In this document: positions 9,641 to 19,943 of the stretch, one piece after another
Layout of the letters: the number at the start of each line of letters is the position of its first letter
Numbering within the stretch: the stretch's first letter is position 1
Assembly (NCBI GenBank): GCA_963707025.1
Contig: CAVPOM010000005.1
Location: 576,001 to 640,000, forward strand
From: an uncultured Verrucomicrobiae bacterium
GTDB taxonomy: Bacteria; Verrucomicrobiota; Verrucomicrobiia; Limisphaerales; Palsa-1400
DNA length: 64,000 nucleotides
Direction: 5' to 3'
Program-made: the position numbers and the translations under genes
Notes under the pieces: generated by a model
Told to the model about the DNA's origin: nothing
Databases searched by the model: none
Seen by the model: only the letters and a program-made list of their open reading frames with translations

Positions 9641-10865
9641 TCAGCGGGCCGTCACATCCAAACAAACCAAGTCGCCTTTGTTGTTCCGGCAGTAAATCCG
9701 GCCATTCGCCAACGTCGGCGGCGTCCAACACGTTGCCGGCAGGATTTGGACGCGCGAAATCGGGGCAAACCCGCTCGGCGAGACTTCCCCCACCGCCAAC
9801 TCACCCAGTTCGCTTAACACGATGAGCTTGTGATCGGCCACGATGAACCCGCCCGCCCCCAGGCCTGGAAAACTCCATTTCTGCGCCCCCGTGGCAAAGT
9901 CAAGGCACTGCAACGTCGCGCTGCCCGTCACCGAGCCCGCCGCGCCATACAAATATCCATCAACCAGAACCGATGAGGCGACGTGATTTTCGAAACTTTG
10001 GTTCGCCCAAACTTGCGTGACTTGAGTACCCGTCGAACCGCGCCCTCACACCGGCATGAACTCCCGACGACATGAAGAAATCGTTGCCGGAAACCACCAC
10101 GTCGGCGATGTTGATCGGAAACTGCGACTTGAAGGGAAAACTCCAAAGTTGCTTGCCGGTTTTCGCCTCAACGCCATAGGCGGTATCCGAGGAAAGAATA
10201 GCCACCGCCGGCGCGCCCCGGAAGGACCACGGCACCGGCGTCGAATAGCCTGGCGCGTCCTTGTCCGAAGTCCACGCCACTTTTCCGGTGGCCTTCTCCA
10301 CTGCCGTGCCCGCGCCGCCGATGTCAAGGATCAGCAAATCGTCCTGCGCGAGAGCCGAACTGGCGAAACCCCACGTCGGCTTGGTCACCCCCAGATTGGC
10401 GAAAAGGTCGTTCGACCAGATCACTCCCCCGCTCTGGCTCTGCAACGCATACAAACAGCCGTCTCCGCTCAGGAAATAAAGCCGGTCCCCCTCAACCGTC
10501 GGCGACCCGCTGGTGCCCCCCAGCCCTTTCGGCCCGTTGGAAACTGAATAAAGCTGGCTCGGATAGGTGAACTTCCACAAAACGCTCCCCGTCGCCGCGT
10601 CGAAGCAATAAAGCGTGGCATTCGTGCCGTTGTTCCCCGAGGCATAGACGCGAGCCTTTGCGACGCTAATCGGCGCGTAACCGACCCCAAGTGACGCCTT
10701 CCACAACACCTTCGGCCCTTCATCCCCCCATTTCGCCACCCAGCCCGTCTCAGTGGAAATGCCATTGTGAGCAGGCCCCCGGTAATTGGGCCAATCCGCC
10801 GCGCGCGCATAACGACCGCCCAAGCCGGCCGCCACCATCAAGCCCAAAGGGAGAATCCTCTTCAT
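9641..10865 (-). CDS. Secreted PQQ-like beta-propeller repeat protein, split by one frameshift near 10030
   Basis: DWPNYRGP..NG, W-repeat blades, CWTPPTLANGRIYCRN..GDLVCLD end; removing one base at 10029-10031 joins ORFs 9960-10865 and 9641-9952. Confidence 0.85.
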
Positions 10866-10897
10866 CCTCCGAGGTTAGGCAGAACATACACGGCGAG

Positions 10898-11170
10898 TCA
10901 ATTTCTCCAATGCTCTTCTGCTCCAGCCCGCACTGAGCTTTCCCGCCAACGCGATTGCACTGTCGTTGAGCAGTCCACTCCATGTTTTTTGAGTGCCGGC
11001 GCGTATTTATTCGTGGAGGCGGAGGGGATGTAGCAAAACCGGCATGCATGTGAGCAGCCGACCGAGATGTTGAAGGCCCAGTTGGAGAGGCTCTTGTACT
11101 TGAACTTGTTCGGCGCAATGACAGCGGCAGATTTCCAAAAGTCGAACGGCTCTTTGGTGGATTTGGCCAT
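10898..11170 (-). pseudogene. Radical SAM protein N-terminal fragment (SPL/SplB-like)
   Basis: NISVGCSHACRFCY (CxxxCxxC); ends after about 65 plausible residues. Confidence 0.65.
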
Positions 11171-11307
11171 GCGGGTTCAAAAGTGGAAGTTCCTGGGCAG
11201 CGGGTCAAATAAAAACAAGGGACGCCAGCACCCTCAACCCCGGCCGTCATCCGCAAAATCCGCTCAATTGACCGTGCCCCCTTCCGGCCTGTCCATCTGC
11301 GCAAACC

Positions 11308-11343
11308 GTGCAGCCTTTGCACAGTCAAGCGCATCCTTTGCGC
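11308..11343. promoter_or_regulatory. Paired palindromes, candidate enhancer-binding-protein UAS
   Basis: GTGCA-GCCTT-TGCAC (11308-11322) and GCGCA-TCCTT-TGCGC (11329-11343), 21 bp apart, upstream of a sigma54 box. Confidence 0.5.
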
Positions 11344-11408
11344 GTCTTTATCCGTGTTTTGAGCGAGAAAGCAACCCTTTTGCCTGGGGAAAGCGCCGCT
11401 TTCCCGAT

Positions 11409-11424
11409 TGGCACGTTAGTTGCA
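11409..11424 (+). promoter_or_regulatory. Sigma54 (-24/-12) promoter
   Basis: TGGCACG-TTAG-TTGCA matches the TGGCACG-N4-TTGCW consensus. Confidence 0.75.
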
Positions 11425-11441
11425 TAAGAATGGATCGGGTG

Positions 11442-11690
11442 ATGAATATGAACGCAACATTACACGTAGAACAGCCCATGAATACGACGATATTGAATTA
11501 TCCGGGTTTCCAAACCTTGCCAAAAGGGGTCCGGCAGATGTTGCTGGTTTCCGAGGCATACTTTTTCAATGAACCCGCGTCGGATCATCAGGAGCAAAAG
11601 GTTGCGGCCAGGCGAGCCAACCGGGGTTCAATGGACTTTATGGGAATCCCATTCCTCCCGGCGGGGTTCGCGCTGGATGTGCCAGCCTGA
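11442..11690 (+). CDS. Small hypothetical protein (~80 aa)
   Basis: In-frame ATGs just after the sigma54 promoter; MNATLHVEQPMNTTILNYPGFQTLPKGVRQMLLVSEAYFF. Confidence 0.55.
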   Translation: MNMNATLHVEQPMNTTILNYPGFQTLPKGVRQMLLVSEAYFFNEPASDHQEQKVAARRANRGSMDFMGIPFLPAGFALDVPA

Positions 11691-11696
11691 TGGCGC

Positions 11697-11830
11697 GGGA
11701 CACGCCGCGCTCAGTCGCGGCCAGTCCGTGGCGTGACGGCAAAAGGAGACGAGGTGCGGGAGGTGGCCAATGCCGCGCGCGCCCACGGCCTCAAGCTAGC
11801 CGTTTACCTTTCGCCTGCGGACCTTTACCC
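11697..11830 (+). pseudogene. GH29 alpha-L-fucosidase internal fragment
   Basis: With one frameshift it reads [42 protein letters not shown], a GH29 signature segment. Confidence 0.65.
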
Positions 11831-12041
11831 GTTGAGAACCAAAAAGTCCAGTTTCGCGGTCATCGTGAATAATGATTAACTTTTGGGACCGCCTGGAAAC
11901 TCTACGGCACGTTGGCGGCGTCGCTGCCGACGCTGACCAGTTCGCGTGGACCGCGGGGCGTCAAGCCGTTCTCCGCTTCGGCCAAATTAAACTTGCCGGA
12001 CACTTGTTACGCGAAGAAACTGCCGGCAAATCCGCAATTTT

Positions 12042-13647
12042 ATGCCAGGTAGAATTGATATCAAACGAAAAGCAGGTTGTCTCGCTCTCGGCCTCGCGAC
12101 GTTCTTCGCCGCCATGGATTTGTCGGTCGCCGCCACCAACGATAACGCGCGGCGGGTCTCGGTTGACTTGCGGCAAACAAACGGCCCGCTTGACACCATG
12201 TTCAAATTTTGCGTCGGTGCGGGCCGCGCGAACGAGGGGCTGCGTGCCGACTGGCAGCGTCAACTGGCCTATGCCCATCGCGAATGCGGCTTCCAATACA
12301 TCCGCATGCACGGTCTGTTCACCGACGACATGGGCGTTTATCGGGAGGACAACCACGGCAACCCGGAATACAACTGGCAATACATTGACGAGCTTTACGA
12401 CTTCCTCGAAAGCATCGGCATGAAGCCGTTTGTGGAATTGAGCTTCATGCCCAATGCGCTGGCCAGTGGCCGCAAAACCATTTTCTGGTGGCGCGGCAAT
12501 GTGACTCCGCCCAGAGACATGACAAAATGGGCGAACTTCATTCGCGCTTTCGTCCTCCACGAACGGGAACGCCACGGCGACGCGGAAGTGCGCACATGGT
12601 ATTTCGAGGTCTGGAACGAGCCGAACTTGAGCGGTTTTTGGGCCGGCACGCAGCAGCAGTATTTCGATCTCTACGCCGCCACGGCCCGCGCCATCAAGAG
12701 CGTTTCCCCGGATTACAAAGTAGGCGGCCCAGCGACGGCGGGTTGCGCCTGGGTGCCGGAGTTCATTCATTTCTGCGACACGAACCACGCGCCGGTGGAT
12801 TTCATTTCCACGCACACCTATGGCGTGGAAAGCGCTTTTTTTGGACGAACTTGGCGACGCTGGCACGGTGCTTTCACAAAACCCCAATTCCATTTTCGGC
12901 GATGTGAAATCCGTGCGTCAGCAGATTGCCGAATCGGCAATGCCCAAGCTGGAACTCCACTTCACTGAATGGAGCACGTCCTACACGCCGTCCGATCCAA
13001 TTCACGACAGCTACCACAGCGCGGCTTACATTTTGAACAAACTCAAGAAATGCGGCGACGCCGCGCAATCCATGTCTTACTGGACGTTCACAGACATTTT
13101 TGAGGAAACCGGGCCGCGCTGGGAGGCCTTTCACGGCGGCTTCGGCCTGATCAATTACGAGGACATCAACAAGCCGTCGTTTTATGCGTATCAATTTTTG
13201 AACCGGCTTGGCCCGACGGAATTGAAAGACAGCGACCCGTCCTCGTGGATTTGCGCCGACAAATCCGGCGGCGTGCAGGCGTTGGTTTGGGATTTCACCA
13301 ACACGCATCCCGGCAAGCAAGTTCACAACCAGGAATTCTACAAACGCGATTTGCCGTCTCGGCCAAAAAACAGAGTAACGCTGAATCTGTCACACCTGCC
13401 CAAAGGCAAATACACGGTGGAAACTTACAAAGTCGGCTACCGGGTTAACGACGCCTACGCCACCTATCGCGATCTGGGCGCGCCCTCGCAAATGACCAAA
13501 GCACAGGTCGCCGAAATCAAATCCAAAAACAGCGGTGCACCCATAGACATTCACACCATAGAGATTGGGCGGGACGGAAAATACGAGCAGCAGTTTGACC
13601 TCCGGGAAAATGATGTCGTGCTGATCACGCTCAAGCCGCAGCACTGA
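12042..13647 (+). CDS. GH39 beta-xylosidase, frameshifted at T7 run 12836-12842
   Basis: YIRMHGLF, FEVWNEPNL (acid/base), HFTEWS (nucleophile), MSYWTFTDIFEE, FHGGFGL across two overlapping ORFs. Confidence 0.9.
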
Positions 13648-13753
13648 AAAGTTGTGCGATATGTTCCCCGCAGATTTGTTTGGCAGGTTCTGAAAATGGC
13701 GGCGACATCAAACTACCGATGATACGAGCAGATATGCGCGCAAAACGTGTAGT

Positions 13754-13774
13754 CCAGTCAGACTTTCTGACTGG
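13754..13774. promoter_or_regulatory. Perfect inverted repeat upstream of GH29 (operator or hairpin)
   Basis: CCAGTCAGA-CTT-TCTGACTGG. Confidence 0.35.
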
Positions 13775-13800
13775 GCATTAACTTTATACAAAATAGGATC

Positions 13801-16161
13801 ATGCACTCCAAAATCATCCACGACAACCGAGTTTTTCTGTTCGGATTATTGCTGGTTTCCGCCGGTTTGGCTTCGGCCATCGCCGCTGAAAAGCAGACGT
13901 TCGAAGCGGAAGCCGCCATACGCACCGGCGAGGCGTCCAAAGTGGCCGAGCGCGGCGCCTCCGGGGGTTCTTTAGTCGGTTTGAGCAAACCCGGCCAGGG
14001 CGTCAAATTCGCCCGCTTGCCGGCTGCCAGCAAATTGGCGATTCGTTATGCGTCGGTGGAAGTGGGCACGATCAGCGTTTCGGTCAACGGCCAGGCGGCG
14101 CGCGAGGTTAACATTCATTCATCGGGAGCGCTCACCAATTCTTTTCTCAATGCGATCATTGACATTGCGATTCCCGCTGATTCCACGCTGACTATCAGTC
14201 TGGCGACCAACGATGTCGCGGTGAACGTTGATCGCATCGTGGTCGGCGACGGAGACTTGGGGATGCCGCCGGATATTTGGAACCTGCCGCCATTGCCGGT
14301 CGCACCGGGTCCCTATTCCCCTGACTGGAAAGATATCAGCCGGCTTTACACCGTGCCGGAGTGGTGGCGCGATGCGAAGTTCGGCGCGTGGGCGCACTGG
14401 GACCCGCAATCCATGCCCGAGCAGGGAGATTGGTATGCGCGCGGCATGTATATTCAAGGCAGCGCGCAGTATGATTACAACCTCGAACACTTCGGCCATC
14501 CGTCGGCATATGGTTACAAGGACCTCTGCCACAACTGGGTGATTGACCGCTGGAATCCCGATGAGTTGATGGATTTGTATGTCGAAATGGGTGCCCGCTA
14601 CTTCATGGCGATGGGCTGTCATCATGACAATTTCGACTGCTATGATTCGAAATATCAGCCGTGGAACTCGGTGCGCGTCGGCCCCAAGGTTGACATCGTC
14701 GGCACATGGGAAAAAAACGCGCGCCAACACGGTCTGCGTTTCGGCATCGGTTTTCACGACACCCCGGCTCGAACCTGGGGCCAGTTCATGCCGGTGCGTT
14801 ACAGCAGCGACAAGACGGGGCCGATGAAGGGCGTGCCTTACGATGCGCTGCAAACAATTCTGGACGGGAAAGGAAAATGGTGGGAAGGGATGGATCCGGT
14901 GGACCTTTATGGCCCGGTTCACAACAAAAAAGATCCGCTGCTCTCGCCCTTCGCCAACCAGTTCATGTGGCGGGTGGAAGATGCCATCACCAAGTATCAT
15001 CCCGATGTGATTTACTTCGACGAGCACGCGGGCGATTCGCAAATGGATATGGGCGTTAACATGGGACTCGGATTTCTCGCTCCACCGCTGGCCGCCAATT
15101 ACTACAACAAGTCCCTGAAGTGGAACCAGGGGAAAATGGAGGTTGTGCTCAACCTCAAAGGCGTGGGCGGGCGTTACAACAGCTTCCAAGACCACCCCGA
15201 ACTCCTCCCCTACGTTGACCGATCCTTGGTCAAGAGCACTGAAGCCATCATTGAACCGGAGATCATGGCCTATCCGTTCCAGACCGAGACGAGCATCGCC
15301 GATTGGCACTACAAAACCGGGCAGAGATACATGGATGCCAGAAACGTAGTCCGTTCGCTGATGCAGAACATGTGCCGCAACGGAACGATTTTGCTCAACC
15401 TCACCCAGCACGGTTGCGGCGATCTTGATCCACAAGTGATTCAGATATGCAAAGACGTCGGCGCTTGGTTGAGAGTCAACGGCGAAGCTGTTTATGCCTC
15501 CCGTCCGTTTGAAGTCTACGGGGAAAATGGGGTTTGCTACACGCGCAATCAAGGTAATGTCTATGCCACGCTCCTGGACTGGCAAGGCGGTTTGATCACA
15601 CTCAAGGCTTTGCGCGCCGGCGGGGCGACCCTGGGCAAAGTGTCCAGAGTTGAAATGCTCGGCTCCGATGTTGCGCTGACGTTTGTTCAAGACGATCAGG
15701 GGCTGACGGTGACGCCCAGAGGAGCGGTGCAGCCGCTGCCGGGGATTACCAACCAGCCGCTGGCATCGGCGTGCCGGGTTCTGCTCATCACTCATGACAA
15801 GGGCTGGTTCAACGACGACGACCCGGGTGTGGTGGCTGCCGGATGGGTTCGCCGCTGCAACCTGGGTACCGGCGACTTCAACAACGACCTCACGACCAGC
15901 GACACGCCCGGTGATGTCTGGAGGTGTTCGTTTACCGGCACGAGCGTCTCAGTCATCGCTCCGAAAGAAGAAGGAGCAGGAAAGATCGAAATTCAGATTG
16001 ACGGCCAAAGCCGTGCGACGGCGGATCTGTCCACCACTGGACCGCGCCAGGACCAGCAGGTTGCATGTGAAGTGACCGGTCTGACTGCCGGCACACATGC
16101 CATTAGCATTGTCAATCGCGGCCCCGGCCCGGTGGCCGTGGATGCCCTGGTCGTCCGCTGA
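13801..16161 (+). CDS. GH29 alpha-L-fucosidase with N- and C-terminal CBM-like beta-sandwich domains
   Basis: Signal peptide; EAEAA CBM start; PEWWRDAKFGAWAHW, HHDNF, VIYFD, NGEAVYASRP. Confidence 0.88.
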   Translation: MHSKIIHDNRVFLFGLLLVSAGLASAIAAEKQTFEAEAAIRTGEASKVAERGASGGSLVGLSKPGQGVKFARLPAASKLAIRYASVEVGTISVSVNGQAAREVNIHSSGALTNSFLNAIIDIAIPADSTLTISLATNDVAVNVDRIVVGDGDLGMPPDIWNLPPLPVAPGPYSPDWKDISRLYTVPEWWRDAKFGAWAHWDPQSMPEQGDWYARGMYIQGSAQYDYNLEHFGHPSAYGYKDLCHNWVIDRWNPDELMDLYVEMGARYFMAMGCHHDNFDCYDSKYQPWNSVRVGPKVDIVGTWEKNARQHGLRFGIGFHDTPARTWGQFMPVRYSSDKTGPMKGVPYDALQTILDGKGKWWEGMDPVDLYGPVHNKKDPLLSPFANQFMWRVEDAITKYHPDVIYFDEHAGDSQMDMGVNMGLGFLAPPLAANYYNKSLKWNQGKMEVVLNLKGVGGRYNSFQDHPELLPYVDRSLVKSTEAIIEPEIMAYPFQTETSIADWHYKTGQRYMDARNVVRSLMQNMCRNGTILLNLTQHGCGDLDPQVIQICKDVGAWLRVNGEAVYASRPFEVYGENGVCYTRNQGNVYATLLDWQGGLITLKALRAGGATLGKVSRVEMLGSDVALTFVQDDQGLTVTPRGAVQPLPGITNQPLASACRVLLITHDKGWFNDDDPGVVAAGWVRRCNLGTGDFNNDLTTSDTPGDVWRCSFTGTSVSVIAPKEEGAGKIEIQIDGQSRATADLSTTGPRQDQQVACEVTGLTAGTHAISIVNRGPGPVAVDALVVR

Positions 16162-16405
16162 AGGAGATTCAGTCAGAAGACGAAAAACAGGAACAATACG
16201 ATTCTCACCAGCCTGTAAACCCTCAAAAGAAACCGACCAGTTTCCCGGACCGGTTCTCATTGCGTGGGAACCCCAATAAGAAAGAAACTGATGTGGTTGG
16301 AACTGGTTGACTTGGCCGGAACTGAAATCTGCTAAACCGATAGAGTTTCTGTAACCTTCACCCGCTTCGACTGCCTCATGCTGGCCAGTTGTTCAATTTG
16401 ACCGG

Positions 16406-16645
16406 GTGGATATCGGAAAGAAAGGATTGAAGTCAGTGAATGTTCGGTCCGCTTCAGCCGCTGGCGGATTGATTGAAATCCGCCTTGATAAAGTGGATGG
16501 CCCGGTTCTTGCAGAGGTTGAAATCGGGAAAGGTTCCGAATGGAGGGTCGTCAACGCAAAGCTCAACTTCATTCCGACGGGCGTGCATGACCTGGTGGTG
16601 ACTCAAGGGACAAACACCAGCATTGATTTGGATTGGGTGGGCTTC
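16406..16645 (+). pseudogene. CBM6-like domain remnant
   Basis: GGLIEIRLDKVDGPVLAEV...TGVHDLVV...IDLDWVGF with no gene start. Confidence 0.65.
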
Positions 16646-16867
16646 GTCCCACTTCGAGTCATTGAACGCGACGGCGTCCGCGCCTGCCATGTCGCCGAGT
16701 TGAAATTTCCAGTCACGATTGAAGTTGATGGCTTGCCGAAGATCGGCGGCAGGCAACGCAGCCATAGAACCGGCGATGATCGCGAGGAAAATGAAGATAC
16801 ATTTCGCGCGGTGGCTCGCGGTCGCCATTGGCTGCGAGAGACAAGGCTTGCCGGGATGTGACCGCAT
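16640..16867 (-). pseudogene. GH2 N-terminal remnant
   Basis: Signal peptide plus RQAINFNRDWKFQLGD..A....FNDSKW, then an abrupt loss of similarity. Confidence 0.6.
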
Positions 16868-16934
16868 ATTCGTTTGTTCGCTCCAAATGTTCGCGGGAAC
16901 CTTCCAGCGCCAGAAATGAATTTTGCGAGAAGAG

Positions 16935-19286
16935 CTATGACGCAGGTTTAAGCTCGGAGTTCAATTGAACCGCGCCTCCGGACTTCAGTTTGATTTCCGC
17001 GGTGCGGTCGCCATAACGGACGGTCGCCGCGCGGCCGCCGACGGATTTGATTTTAACGCTCGTCAGCTTGCCATCGTTCCAAGCCAGATCAATTTCAAAG
17101 CTGCCGCGCGCGCGCAAACCGGTGACGTGCCCGGCGGGCCAGGCGTCCGGCAGCGCGGGGAGCAATTCGATTTCGCCGGTCTGGGTTTGGAGCAGCATTT
17201 CGGCGATGGCAGAGGTGCCGCCGAAGTTGCCGTCAATCTGGAACGGCGGATGGGCGTCGAACATATCGGGGTAAGTGCGCGACGGATCAAAGAGGTGATT
17301 GAGGATGCTGAAGGCGCGGTTGCCGTCGTGCAGCCGCGCCCAACAGTTGATGCGCCAGGCGATGGCCCAGCCGGTTGTGATGTCGCCGCGTTTATTGAGG
17401 CTGACTTTGGCGGCTTCGGCCAGTTCCGGGGTGCCGCGCGGCGTGATTTGGGCGCTGGGGAAAAGGGCGTACAAATGGGAAATGTGGCGGTGCTGCTGCT
17501 CCCGTGCTTGCGCATCCCAATCGCCAAGCCATTCCTGCAGCTGGCCTTGTTTTCCAATCTGAAGCGGCGCAAGTCTTGTGCGCGCTTGTTCCAGCTGTTT
17601 GCGGAAGTCGGAATCAGTGTCGAGAATTATCGAGGCCTGAATGCAATTGGTGAACAAGTCGCGGAGGATTTCCTCGTCCATGGCCGGCCCCGCGCAGACG
17701 GCCGAGCCGAACGGATGCTGGTTTTCGGGAGAGACGGAGGGACAGGTCACGAGCCAGTGGTTGGTTGGGTCTTCCACGAGGGTGTCGAGGAAGAATTGGG
17801 CGGCGCCGCGCATGACGGGATAGATGGCTTTCAGATATCTCTTGTCGCCGCTGAACTGATAGCGGTCCCACAAGTGGTCGCACAACCACGCGCCGCCGCT
17901 CGGCCACATGCCCGAATCCGCGAAATCGATGGGGCCGGTGGCGCGCCAAAGGTCGGTATTGTGGTGGGCGACCCAGCCGCGCGCACCATACATTTCCTGC
18001 GCCGTGCGCGCGCCGGTCTTGGAAAGGTCTTTCACCATCGCGATGAGCGGCTCGACGCATTCGCCGAGGTTGCACTCTTCCGCCGGCCAGTAATTCATTT
18101 CGGTGTTGATGTTGATGGTGTATTTGCTTTGCCACGGCGGGTTCATGCTTTGATTCCACAACCCCTGCAGATTCGCCGGCTGCCCGCCGGGACGCGAAGA
18201 GCTGATGAGCAGATAGCGGCCGAACTGGAAATAGAGCGTGGCAAACTGCGGGTCCTGGCCGTTGCGAAAATTCTTGATCCGCTCGTCGGTCGGCAGTTTC
18301 ACGCCGTCGCTGGTGCCCACATCAAGCGCTACGCGCCGGAACAGCCGCCGGTGTTCCTGAATGTGCGCGGCGAGGAGTTTATCGAATTTCTTCTTCGCGG
18401 CGGCGGCGATTTGGCCTTTGACGACGGACTCCGGGTCACCGCTCACGTCCTGGTAATTTTTGTAGCTCGTTGCCGCAGCGATCAGGATCGTGACCGAATC
18501 CGCGTTCGTGACCGCGACGGAATCGGAAGTGGTGCTGATCGTTCCGCCGTCAGCCAGCACGCGCGCGCGCACTTGGAGCTTCAGCGCCCCTTTGATGCCT
18601 GACGAAGCCGCATTCGTGCCCCGCATCAACAGAGTGTTTCTGGACTCGGTTTCAATGGTGACTCTTTGGGGGGTTTTGAATCCGGCGGCAAATGAAATCG
18701 AACCTTTTTTGTCAGCCGTGAGATGAACGACGATCACCTGATCCGCCGGGCTGGCAAAGACCTGTCGCGTGAACCGCGTGCCACCATCGGTGTATTCAAC
18801 CGTGGCCACGGCGGTGTCCAGGTTGAGATCGCGCCGGTAATTTTCAACGGAGGCCGAATCGGGAAAGGTGAGCATCAAAACGCCCGCGGTTTCATATGGC
18901 ATCTGGCCCGACGGACGGGAAATGACTTTGGAGTTGATCAGTTTCCCGGCATCGGAATATTTCCCGTCGAAGACGAGTTGGCGGACTTGCGGAAGAGCTG
19001 CCTTGGCCTGCGGATTGACGGGGTCGTAAGGGCCGCCACCCCAAAGCGTATCCTCATTTAGTTGGAGTGTTTCACTCGTGACATGGCCGAAAACCATCGC
19101 GCCGATTCGTCCATTGCCCACGGGCAGCGCCTCTTCCCACCTAATGGCTGGTTGGCGATACCAAAGGCTCAAGGGGCCGTCGGGCGCCGAGGCGTTTCCG
19201 GTCGGTTGAGGTTCGGCCGCGAACAATTCCGTGAAGCAACAAAGGAGAATGAGCGACGGAACTATCTGGGGGATGGAGAGATTCAT
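16935..19286 (-). CDS. GH95 alpha-1,2-L-fucosidase / L-galactosidase
   Basis: LWYRQPA..WEEALPVGNGRIGAM, QFGRYLLISSSR, YTININTEMNYW, HRHISHLY, HPPFQIDGNFG. Confidence 0.95.
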   Translation of the reverse strand: MNLSIPQIVPSLILLCCFTELFAAEPQPTGNASAPDGPLSLWYRQPAIRWEEALPVGNGRIGAMVFGHVTSETLQLNEDTLWGGGPYDPVNPQAKAALPQVRQLVFDGKYSDAGKLINSKVISRPSGQMPYETAGVLMLTFPDSASVENYRRDLNLDTAVATVEYTDGGTRFTRQVFASPADQVIVVHLTADKKGSISFAAGFKTPQRVTIETESRNTLLMRGTNAASSGIKGALKLQVRARVLADGGTISTTSDSVAVTNADSVTILIAAATSYKNYQDVSGDPESVVKGQIAAAAKKKFDKLLAAHIQEHRRLFRRVALDVGTSDGVKLPTDERIKNFRNGQDPQFATLYFQFGRYLLISSSRPGGQPANLQGLWNQSMNPPWQSKYTININTEMNYWPAEECNLGECVEPLIAMVKDLSKTGARTAQEMYGARGWVAHHNTDLWRATGPIDFADSGMWPSGGAWLCDHLWDRYQFSGDKRYLKAIYPVMRGAAQFFLDTLVEDPTNHWLVTCPSVSPENQHPFGSAVCAGPAMDEEILRDLFTNCIQASIILDTDSDFRKQLEQARTRLAPLQIGKQGQLQEWLGDWDAQAREQQHRHISHLYALFPSAQITPRGTPELAEAAKVSLNKRGDITTGWAIAWRINCWARLHDGNRAFSILNHLFDPSRTYPDMFDAHPPFQIDGNFGGTSAIAEMLLQTQTGEIELLPALPDAWPAGHVTGLRARGSFEIDLAWNDGKLTSVKIKSVGGRAATVRYGDRTAEIKLKSGGAVQLNSELKPAS

Positions 19287-19429
19287 ACTATTGTAGTTTA
19301 GCTATGGGAGGAGGACCCAATCAAAATAGCCTTTCGAATTATTGAGGTGGAACCGACACGTTGGTACTGGAACCTGGGTTTGGATGACTTTTACGAGGCT
19401 AACTCTAATGATATCACGGATTGGTCGGA

Positions 19430-19447
19430 ATACGACAAACGTCGTAT
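19430..19447. promoter_or_regulatory. Palindromic operator (candidate NarL/LuxR-type site) in the divergent GH95/GH51 intergenic region
   Basis: ATACGAC-AAAC-GTCGTAT; its reverse complement shares ATACGACGTTTG with sites at 57008 and 57920. Confidence 0.65.
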
Positions 19448-19620
19448 ATTCACACTTGTGACATTTTAGTAGCCTTCCCACATATTCAACTGTTTACATC
19501 TATGTCGGCCGGCGCTATCGGCTCCTGAGTTGGAGATGATTCGTTGTCTCGCGCACAATGGCGGACTGAATCTACCTATCAGCATACACCGCAGGGTCGC
19601 CGGAAGCGAAAAGCGTTTCC

Positions 19621-19800
19621 GTGAGCCTCCAAGGTGGCCGCGGTACGAAAGGAGGCGATGGGGTTTGGACCATAACTACCGCGCCGCTCGCGCCTGGATT
19701 TCACTACTACACCATCACGATAGATGGCGCGCAGGCATCGGACCCGGCCAGCGACAGCTCCTTCGGCACCGGAAAGATGAGCAGCGCCATTTGCCATTCC
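19621..19800 (+). pseudogene. Remnant of the CBM48-like N-terminal domain of a CE1-type esterase
   Basis: KGGDGVWTITTAPLAPGFHYYTITIDGAQASDPAS resembles the same segment of the 59068 and 60528 proteins. Confidence 0.65.
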
Positions 19801-19943
19801 ACTGGAATGAATGGTTGCGCCTTCGGACAACCAGAATCGACTTTCAGACGCGAGACTGAATTCAAATCGCCAGCCCATCACGCCCTCCACACAGTTCGAT
19901 TCAGTACCAACAATGCTTTTTGCAGCGCCATCATAACTCGCCT

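Noticed and set aside
12836..12842. Programmed frameshift or phase variation in GH39
   Set aside because: Similar +1 breaks occur in four other genes at non-slippery sites; sequencing error is simpler
19301..19385. Minus-strand remnant of another FFRL-type tail (GSSTNVSVP..NSKGYF)
   Set aside because: Requires multiple frameshifts over about 25 codons; too weak to call
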